From NCBI GenBank assembly GCA_964016885.1, contig OZ024745.1, forward strand, positions 92,752,001 to 92,816,000: 64,000 bases of DNA, given 5' to 3'. Both the position numbers and the translations under genes were made by a program. Source of the DNA: Eledone cirrhosa. Its lineage: Eukaryota. Shown piece after piece: positions 54,395 to 64,000 of the stretch (the stretch's first letter is position 1; each line of letters begins with the position of its first letter). The notes beneath the pieces are model-generated. The model made no database searches and was not told where the DNA came from. It saw only the letters and a list, made by a program, of their open reading frames with translations.

Positions 54395-56176
54395 ATATAG
54401 ACCATCACTAGTTTTCATGAAGTCTGTACGTAGCCTCATTTAATATTATATTTCTAAAGATTCTGTAAGATTAGTGAACCAATTCTGAAAATCTTAGCAG
54501 CTAAGTAAACCACTGGCAACTCTCTACAGAGCATTAACAAACCTAACTTTTAGCTTCTCTACCTACAAAGCATACCTAACATTTAGTTTCTTTTCCTGCT
54601 ACCTGATACTGTTTTTTTACTCCTTCCCTGCCTTCTTTCATTCTTTCCAGGCTTGTATTTTACTCTATATGGTTAGCTGGACCTGTCCTCAATCTACAGA
54701 TCTCGTCTGTAGCTTTCAATTCCTCTTCATTACATGTACCATAATCATAGCCCTCTATGTACATCAGAACACTGAGATAATGAGACTACTATGATCTGTT
54801 ATAGAGGTTGTCTGTAAAAAGGCCTCATAAATATGTTCCATTTGCTCATCTGTCAGTCTTGAATGTGATGCAAAGATATGTAAATACCTCTACAGCAATC
54901 TTTATTTCTTGAACTACTCTTCAGAATTTGCTGATCCATATCTATTACCCATCCAATACTTCTGACTCTCCTGCCCTCCACCAGTACTAACACCATTAAC
55001 TTCACAAACCTAACCAAAACCAGAATGTATAGAAAGTACTTTCCCAACCAACAACTGTCTTTTCCCCATCAACTTTGATTAATTTTTAACCAAGTTCAAA
55101 TAACAGGGGGTTCCTCCAAAGAGTCTTTGGAGTAACGTTACTTGATAGAGTGTGTAGCTTGGAGATCAGAGAGTTACTTTCAGGTAGAGCCACTACTTCT
55201 CCAATACTATGGATATGTGGTTAGAATGTCTCAGGAAAAAATCCCTGGACAAAACCAACCGACAGGAGACCCAGGGGTAGACCACAAACAAGGTGGTTGG
55301 TTAACATTCATGAGCTTGGTTGGTCTTGCTTGGGGATCCAGCCAGATCAATTGGAGATAGTTGCTTCTGACAGGACCTGCTGGAAGGGGTGTTTGGAAAC
55401 TCTTCCCCCACAACCCTCTCAGGAATAAGTGGAAGAAGAAGAAGAAGGTGAAATAGAACGACATCCCAGTTTACAAAAAACCTATAAATTCTATGAGCAC
55501 TGACTGGCTCCTTCTCTTCTTTAGATTAACAAATATAAAATATATAAATAAATAAAAACTTAAGATTATACTTTTACATTAATGGCAACATTGATTCATC
55601 TCCACTTCCCTCAATTCTCACTTTAATCTTATCAAAGCTATGGGCTGACCTGATTATATTATGTTACAGGAAGTAGAAGTTTCAACATAGCAAGTAAAAC
55701 TGACAGTGTTATCATCTGACATATTAAACCAAGATTATCTACACATCACTGATAAAAAGAAAGAAGCACAACTATTGAAAAGCAATATTATATTAGGTGA
55801 ATGAACTTTTATATCTAGTCATTAGTTTGTCTTCATTTTTAAGTTTTTAGCATTTTTATTTACTTTTTCAGTATACATGAAAATAAGGGGTTGATATCTA
55901 CAATTTGATTCAAGCAATTAGGTGCCCTACTTAACCACTTAATAATAAAAGAAGCCTAGAACCTAGTTTTAATCCTGTTGTTCAAGGTAATATCTATTTA
56001 GATAGATGGTTGGATGGATAGTTAGAAAGAAAGATGTAGAAAAAATGTCTGTTACTTAGGGAACATAATTATTACTGCTAGAAGATCTGATGATCAAAGT
56101 AATAAACATAAGATAAAAGAAATGTTTAACAGCCTACTGAGAAATATATCTGTTTGATACATATACATGTACACCA

Positions 56177-57740
56177 GGGGTCGTTCCAAAGGACTGGCAC
56201 AGCAGCATCATCGTTAACTGCTACAAGGGTAAAGGAGATGCCCTAGATAGCAGAAACTATAGAGGCATTAAATTAATTGACCAGGTCATGAAGGTCACAG
56301 AAAAAGTAATAGCAAAACTAATCAGAGAGTGAATTGATCTAGACGGAATGCAGTTCGGGTTTGTGTCAGGTAAAAGTACAACAGACGCTCTTTTCATTGT
56401 ACGACAACTACAGGAGAAGTACCTAGCTAAAAGTAAACCCCTATACTTAGCTTTTGTTGACTTGGAGAAAGCCTTTGACAGAGTACCCCATTTGATTATC
56501 TGGTGGGCCCTTAGAAAACTAGGTGTTGATGAATGGCTTGTGAGAGCTATACAAGCCATGTATAAAGAAACAGTCAGCAAGGTTAACAACGAATATAGTG
56601 AAGAGTTTAGCGTAAAAGTTGGTGTTCATCAGGGCTCCGTCCTTAGCCCCCTACTATTTATTATTGCCCTTCAGGCTATAACAGAGGAGTTCAAGACCGA
56701 CTGCCCATGGGAACTTCTATACGCAGATGATCTAACGCTCATAGCTGAATCAATGGCTGAACTAGAGAAGAAATTCCAAACATGGAAGCATGGCCTAGAA
56801 TCAAAAGGCCTTAAAATTAACCTGTCTAAGACTAAAGTTCTAGTATGTAGGAAGGAAAATAGGGCACTGGTCCCATCTGGGAAATGGCCATGCTCAATGT
56901 GTAGGAAAGGAGTAGGCAGAAACTCCATTTTATGTCCCAAATGCAAAGTATGGGTGCATAAAAGATGTAGTGGGATCACAGGTAAGCTAACTAAGAATAT
57001 AGATTTTATATGTCCCCGGTGCTCAGGTGCAATAAGTAGCAGCAAGTGCCCACAGAATACTAGCTCATTCCATTGCACAGATGGTTCTATAGAAATAGTG
57101 GACACCTTCCGTTACCTGGGTGACAAAATCAGCATTGGTGGAGGGTGCTCTGAAAGTACAGTAGCTAGAGTCATAACGGGATGGAAGAAGTTCAGAGAGC
57201 TTATACCACTATTAGCCGCTAAAGGGTTCTCTCTAAAAATGAAAGGCAGGCTGTATGATGCCTGCATACGAACAACAATGTTACATGGCAGTGAGAGTTG
57301 GGCATTGTGTACAGAGGACCTACGCAGACTGGAGAGGAACGAAGATTGCATGCTCCGTTGGATGTGTAATAGTAATATACGTGAACCGCAAAGCATAAAT
57401 GAACTAAGGGAGAAATTAGGAATAAGAGGAATCAGATGTTGTTTACTCAAGAGAAGACTACGTTGGTATGGTCACGTGATGCGCATGAAAGACGACAGCT
57501 GTATAAAAAAGTGCAGGGCGATTAAAATAGACGGTAGCCACAGAGTAGGCAGACCCAGAAAAACCTGGGACGACTTGATAAATTCCGACCTCACACACTT
57601 ACACCTCTCCAAGACAATGTCACTGGGCCGAGATCTTTGGCGCTACACAGTAATACAGAAGACCCGCCTTGCCTAAGTACAAAGCGAAACCTACAGTTAG
57701 TAGGCACCTCTAACAAAAATACACCTGATGATGATGATGA
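56177..57740 (+). mobile_element. 5'-truncated RTE-clade LINE
   Basis: VPKDW..YKGKGD..NYRGIKLID upstream of an in-frame TGA, then the 442-aa ORF; short 3'UTR and (GAT)n. Confidence 0.93.
56348..57676 (+). CDS. Non-LTR reverse transcriptase (partial) with embedded C4HC3 PHD-type finger
   Basis: QFGF, FVDLEKAFDRV, GVHQGSVLSPLLF, LLYADD, then CSMC..CPKC..HKRC..CPRC, FRYLG, LRWYGHVMR, GRPRKTW. Confidence 0.9.
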   Translation: MQFGFVSGKSTTDALFIVRQLQEKYLAKSKPLYLAFVDLEKAFDRVPHLIIWWALRKLGVDEWLVRAIQAMYKETVSKVNNEYSEEFSVKVGVHQGSVLSPLLFIIALQAITEEFKTDCPWELLYADDLTLIAESMAELEKKFQTWKHGLESKGLKINLSKTKVLVCRKENRALVPSGKWPCSMCRKGVGRNSILCPKCKVWVHKRCSGITGKLTKNIDFICPRCSGAISSSKCPQNTSSFHCTDGSIEIVDTFRYLGDKISIGGGCSESTVARVITGWKKFRELIPLLAAKGFSLKMKGRLYDACIRTTMLHGSESWALCTEDLRRLERNEDCMLRWMCNSNIREPQSINELREKLGIRGIRCCLLKRRLRWYGHVMRMKDDSCIKKCRAIKIDGSHRVGRPRKTWDDLINSDLTHLHLSKTMSLGRDLWRYTVIQKTRLA

Positions 57741-58310
57741 TATATATATATATACACTATATATATATGATGATGATGAAGATGACCAGATCCGAACACA
57801 AAAGAACCAAACTCCCACTGTCACTGTCTCTCACGCTCTCCCTATTACGAACAAATGGGGGCCTACACACTGGTTGCCCCGTGGCCCTGAACTCTGAGTG
57901 AACTATTATTGCCATGACTCCTGTCAGAAATTTTTTCTAAATTGTACTAAGACTATTTTCAATTTTTTTTTTTTAAATATTTTCTAGTTTCCCCAAACAA
58001 AAATTACCGTATTTCTAAACCACTTGTTTGGATGATTTAAGAAAGAAGGGAAAGATCTGAAATAAACATGAAGTAATAATACTCGGTAGACTGAGGCTTG
58101 AATATTTCACTGAAATGGCATTTAAAAAGATTTGAAGCTCAATTACCATAGTTATTCGTGTATAATACACACATTTTTAATGAAAAAACATGATCGTGTG
58201 ACTTCCACAATGTTGATGTTTACAGTATGTGCACTTTTATGGCCTACACAAGTAAAATTTAAAGGTCACTTTTGATTTTTCTTTTTTTTTTTTATTTGGT
58301 TGCAAGAACT

Positions 58311-60142
58311 TTACAATGTTTGCTATGAAATAACTTACAATGTTTGCTATGAAATAACTTACAATGTTTGCTATGAAATAACTTACAATGTTTGCTATGA
58401 AATAACTTACAATGTTTGCTATGAAATAACTTACAATGTTTGCTATGAAATAACTTACAATGTTTGCTATGAAATAACTTACAATGTTTGCTATGAAATA
58501 ACTTACAATGTTTGCTATGAAATAACTTACAATGTTTGCTATGAAATAACTTACAATGTTTGCTATGAAATAACTTACAATGTTTGCTATGAAATAACTT
58601 ACAATGTTTGCTATGAAATAACTTACAATGTTTGCTATGAAATAACTTACAATGTTTGCTATGAAATAACTTACAATGTTTGCTATGAAATAACTTACAA
58701 TGTTTGCTATGAAATAACTTACAATGTTTGCTATGAAATAACTTACAATGTTTGCTATGAAATAACTTACAATGTTTGCTATGAAATAACTTACAATGTT
58801 TGCTATGAAATAACTTACAATGTTTGCTATGAAATAACTTACAATGTTTGCTATGAAATAACTTACAATGTTTGCTATGAAATAACTTACAATGTTTGCT
58901 ATGAAATAACTTACAATGTTTGCTATGAAATAACTTACAATGTTTGCTATGAAATAACTTACAATGTTTGCTATGAAATAACTTACAATGTTTGCTATGA
59001 AATAACTTACAATGTTTGCTATGAAATAACTTACAATGTTTGCTATGAAATAACTTACAATGTTTGCTATGAAATAACTTACAATGTTTGCTATGAAATA
59101 ACTTACAATGTTTGCTATGAAATAACTTACAATGTTTGCTATGAAATAACTTACAATGTTTGCTATGAAATAACTTACAATGTTTGCTATGAAATAACTT
59201 ACAATGTTTGCTATGAAATAACTTACAATGTTTGCTATGAAATAACTTACAATGTTTGCTATGAAATAACTTACAATGTTTGCTATGAAATAACTTACAA
59301 TGTTTGCTATGAAATAACTTACAATGTTTGCTATGAAATAACTTACAATGTTTGCTATGAAATAACTTACAATGTTTGCTATGAAATAACTTACAATGTT
59401 TGCTATGAAATAACTTACAATGTTTGCTATGAAATAACTTACAATGTTTGCTATGAAATAACTTACAATGTTTGCTATGAAATAACTTACAATGTTTGCT
59501 ATGAAATAACTTACAATGTTTGCTATGAAATAACTTACAATGTTTGCTATGAAATAACTTACAATGTTTGCTATGAAATAACTTACAATGTTTGCTATGA
59601 AATAACTTACAATGTTTGCTATGAAATAACTTACAATGTTTGCTATGAAATAACTTACAATGTTTGCTATGAAATAACTTACAATGTTTGCTATGAAATA
59701 ACTTACAATGTTTGCTATGAAATAACTTACAATGTTTGCTATGAAATAACTTACAATGTTTGCTATGAAATAACTTACAATGTTTGCTATGAAATAACTT
59801 ACAATGTTTGCTATGAAATAACTTACAATGTTTGCTATGAAATAACTTACAATGTTTGCTATGAAATAACTTACAATGTTTGCTATGAAATAACTTACAA
59901 TGTTTGCTATGAAATAACTTACAATGTTTGCTATGAAATAACTTACAATGTTTGCTATGAAATAACTTACAATGTTTGCTATGAAATAACTTATAATGTT
60001 TGCTATGAAATAACTTATAATGTTTGCTATGAAATAACTTACAATGTTTGCTATGAAATAACTTACAATGTTTGCTATGAAATAACTTATAATGTTTGCT
60101 ATGAAATAACTTATAATGTTTGCTATGAAATAACTTATAATG
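58311..60142. repeat. 24-bp satellite (TTACAATGTTTGCTATGAAATAAC), about 76 units
   Basis: Essentially perfect array; C>T variant only in the last few units. Confidence 0.97.
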
Positions 60143-60277
60143 ATTTCTATATTAAATACATTGAATATAGAGCCTTTATTATAAATCTGATTCAATACTC
60201 CTTTTCACATTCATCATAATACTAAAGAAAAGCCAGCATGTATTATATATATATATATATATATATATTTTTTTTAA

Positions 60278-60899
60278 ATGCAGGTGGGTGCTATAGAAGT
60301 GGTTGATAGCCTCCGGTGCCAAGGTGATCAGATTATTATGGGAGGGAGGGGGTCCGAGGCCATAGTATCTAGAATAAGGACAGTTGGAAGAAGTTTAGGG
60401 AGCTGCTTCCTCTGCTGATGAAGGGTTTCTCCCTGCGTACGAAAGGCCGGTTAGATGATGCTTGTGTGAGGTGTGCGATGCTACATGGTAGTGAGACATG
60501 GGCAGCAACTGCAGAGGATATGCGACGACTGGAGAGAAATGAGGCAAGCATGCTCCGTTGGATGTGTAATGTCAATGTGTGTGATAGGCTGAGCATGGAT
60601 GTGTTGAGAGAGAAACTGTGTCTGAGAGGGATAAATTGTTGTGTGTGGGAGAGGAGACTGCGATTGTATGGACATGTGATGTACAGAAGGAGTGCCAAGA
60701 AATGCCAGTTGAAGGAAGACGTAGTAGAGGAAGACCACGAAAAACATGGGCGGAGGTGGTGAGAGCGGACCTCAGATCACTGAAGCTCACGGTGGAGATG
60801 ACAAAGGACCGTGACAAGTGGAGAGATGCTGTGCTGAATAGGACCCGTCCCACTCTTGCAAGCAGGGAAAAACGGACGTAAAATGATGATGATGATGAT
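60278..60899 (+). mobile_element. Decayed RTE LINE 3' fragment (diverged subfamily)
   Basis: KGFSLRTKGRL..LHGSETW..RRLRLYGHV..RGRPRKTW; ends aaaacggacgtaaaat(gat)n. Confidence 0.85.
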
Positions 60900-61701
60900 A
60901 GGTTTTGGCCAGTATTGGCCCAGGCCATGTCTAACTTAATAGCACCACCCTGAAGAACTCCGTCAGCTACAACAATGAGTGTTCAAGTTGATCCAATCAA
61001 CAGAACAGCCTGCTCATGAAATTAATGTGCAAGTGGCTGAGCATTCCACAGACATGCGTACCCTTAATGTAGTTCTCAGGGAGATTTAGCAAAACATAGA
61101 ATGTGACAAGGCTGGGTCTTCGAACTACAGGTACAACTCCTTTTTGTCAGTTGAGTGGACTTAAAATAAAGTGTCTTGTTCATATTCATTAGTGTCTGCA
61201 GTTCTCTTTATATGCAAACACAGGAGCAAGAATGATGGGGTCATTCTACAGACATGGCTTAATAATATTCGAAAAATTCAGATCACATTTATTGTATTCA
61301 GCCATGTAGAGCGATAAAACTATTTGTTAGTTATTTGAATATGACAAAGCCGGCTATTAATTGCTTGTACACATGAAACTGACGGGCCTATCTGCTGATA
61401 TGCAAATCTGGCTGATCAGTGGGTCTGCTAATATGTAGATCGGACAGTCTGCTAACATGCAAATCCGGCTGATCAGTCACTGTATATTTCAGAAAATATA
61501 TATTTTCACTAGCTCTAACAGTTGGCAGGTAAGCAGTGTTTAGTACTGAAGGGTAATCACCCAGAAACATTAGTGTCGCCCATTCTGTTTATATGCCAAC
61601 ACAAGAGCAAGAATGATGGGCTCATTCTATTGACATGGCTTAAAGAGGCTGTTTGCATAATCGAATATTGTTAATATTCGAAAAACTCAGATTACATTTA
61701 T

Positions 61702-61840
<139 letters not shown>

Positions 61841-62342
61841 TTGTAACTCTTGATGCAGTTGTAGGATGTTAAACCTGGCGGAAACCATCCCTCTCAAGAA
61901 CTAGACACAGCCAATTTCTTCCAGAGAAGAGTAGGAGAGAGGAAGTTAATACTTTTATCGACCTTGAAAGGGTGAAAGGCAAAGTTCACTTTGTTGGGAA
62001 TTGAATAATATAATATATATATAATATATATAATATATATATATTATAATATATATATTATATATATATAAATATATATATATATTATATATATATTATA
62101 TATATTATATATATATTATATATATTATAATATATATATATTATATATATATTATATATATTATAATATATATATATATATATTATAATATATATATATT
62201 ATATATATATTATATATATTATAATATATATATATATATATTATATATATTATAATATATATATATATATTATAATATATATATATATATATATATATTA
62301 AAATAGAAAGATTTGAATGGATACAGTTTAGTTGAAAGGAAT

Positions 62343-62462
62343 TTATTGACACGTGTTTCTATAACAGTTACATAACCTAAAACAGCTGATATCTACAAAC
62401 TTTTAGTTATGCAGACATTCAATATTTCAATGTTATTATTTACTGTCATTTCATCAGAATAA
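62343..62462 (-). ncRNA. Type I hammerhead ribozyme with extended stem II
   Basis: Reverse complement of 63494-63613. Confidence 0.72.
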
Positions 62463-62997
62463 TATTACTGAGGACCTATTTAGTTTTTATAGAGAATATT
62501 AGGAGGGAGGGGTGAAGTTGTTAGAAGAATAGTTGAAGGAGTGGTTTTTCGATAGCAGTGAGTAATTAGATTCCCATCTGTTGTTTTGACATTTTTTATA
62601 GAATATATTATTGGTTATTTTTCTAAATCTATAGAAGGATTAGAGATAGTAAAGATATGCGTGGTTGGTTTTGTGTTTGCACTTAATTAACATTCAGACT
62701 TAAATTTTTCTTTCAAGTGTACGCATACCTTCACCCACGCATTCACACACAAATATATTTGCACACCTCTACAAAATACATATACTCACAATTCACATAT
62801 TCATACTTACATATATATACACATGCATACACATATATATACACACATGTATTCATGTACATACTTACGCGCTCATGTGTATACATTTTCATACTCAACT
62901 TATCTTTATATACACACGTATAGACACACACATATATACATACTTACTCTAGTCCATGTGTACACACATACACATCTATATACACATATATACATAC

Positions 62998-63038
<41 letters not shown>

Positions 63039-63493
63039 TATACATATATATATACATATATATATATAAGCACTTTAATACATGAATACACTTACATCTA
63101 ACTATACACATCAAACATATATATATATTTACTTATTTATATACATTTTCACATATATATACATACTTATGGACGTTTTTAGACACATTCATTATCGCAT
63201 ATTTGCACCTATTCTCATCGGCATATCTTTCCATTATTAGTGTGGTAATTTAAGGTTATTAATATATGTTGAGAAGAGATTGTTTTTATATTTTTCTAAC
63301 TAGATTAAGGTTTATATAGTTGGGGGATGTCCCTCTTTTATGTAATATTCGGCTTGTAGATGGGAATCTAATTACTCACTGCCACCAAGAATTCTCACTG
63401 CTATCAAAAAACCACTCCTTCAACTATTCTTCTAACAACTTCACCCCTCCCTCCTAATATTCTCTATAAAAACTAAATAGGTCCTCAGTAATA

Positions 63494-63613
63494 TTATTCT
63501 GATGAAATGACAGTAAATAATAACATTGAAATATTGAATGTCTGCATAACTAAAAGTTTGTAGATAGCAGCTGTTTTAGGTTATGTAACTGTTATAGAAA
63601 CACGTGTCAATAA
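63494..63613 (+). ncRNA. Type I hammerhead ribozyme with 91-nt stem II domain
   Basis: ttatt-CTGATGA-a-atgacagt...actgttat-a-GAAAC-acgt-GTC-aataa(a); stem I ttatt/aataa; palindromic stem III ACACGTGT. Confidence 0.72.
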
Positions 63614-64000
63614 ATTCCTTTCAACTAAACTGTATCCATTCAAATCTTTCTATTTTTCTCCGGATTACTTTTGGAACTACAACTGGAACCGTCGAGCAAA
63701 CTCTACGTGAGCTGATAATCTACTGCGTGTAATATTTATATTACAACACAACGGAAAATACTGTATATATATTAAAATATATATATATATATATATATAT
63801 TAAAATATATATATATATATATATTAAAATATATATATATATATATATATATTAAAATATATATATATATATATATTAAAATATATATATATATATATTA
63901 TAATATATATATATTATATATATTATAATATATATATATTATATATATTAAAATATATATATTATAATATATATATATTATATATATTAAAATATATATA

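Larger units (their letters stand above)
62300..63775 (+). mobile_element. Large Penelope-like pLTR-derived element with ~280-bp inverted arms and a tail
   Basis: 62300-62579 is the near-perfect reverse complement of 63358-63656; tail 63657-63775; long AT-only microsatellites on both sides. Confidence 0.82.

Noticed and set aside
58237-60219. 652-aa and 639-aa ORFs on opposite strands
   Set aside because: Translations of a 24-bp satellite with no synonymous variation and no splice or domain support

Overview
AT-rich, repeat-dominated eukaryotic DNA. The SINE, RTE-LINE and microsatellite content looks like an octopod cephalopod (Octopus-like); this is inferred from repeat types, not searched. 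Most of the window looks intronic or intergenic. There is one well-supported candidate host exon (66 nt, minus strand, 18497-18562). Mobile elements: many tRNA-derived SINEs, RTE-clade LINE fragments with a C4HC3 PHD-type finger inside the RT region, a decayed DD37D (maT) transposon with nested inserts, an internally deleted R4/Dong-like element in (TAA)n, two non-autonomous Helitrons, and piggyBac-, hAT- and TcMar-type MITEs. Satellites have 16-, 24-, 30-, 48- and about 66-bp units. The main non-obvious signal is a set of short non-coding fold-back elements with the layout (TA)n - inverted arm - spacer - arm - unique tail - (TA)n. Several carry type-I hammerhead ribozyme cores (CTGANGA...GAAAC...GTH), often followed by AATAAA, in some cases on both strands. 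These resemble Penelope-like pseudo-LTR derivatives. One has a 91-nt branched stem II, and two decayed candidates share that long-stem-II layout. Nearly all ORFs in the track are repeat artefacts.
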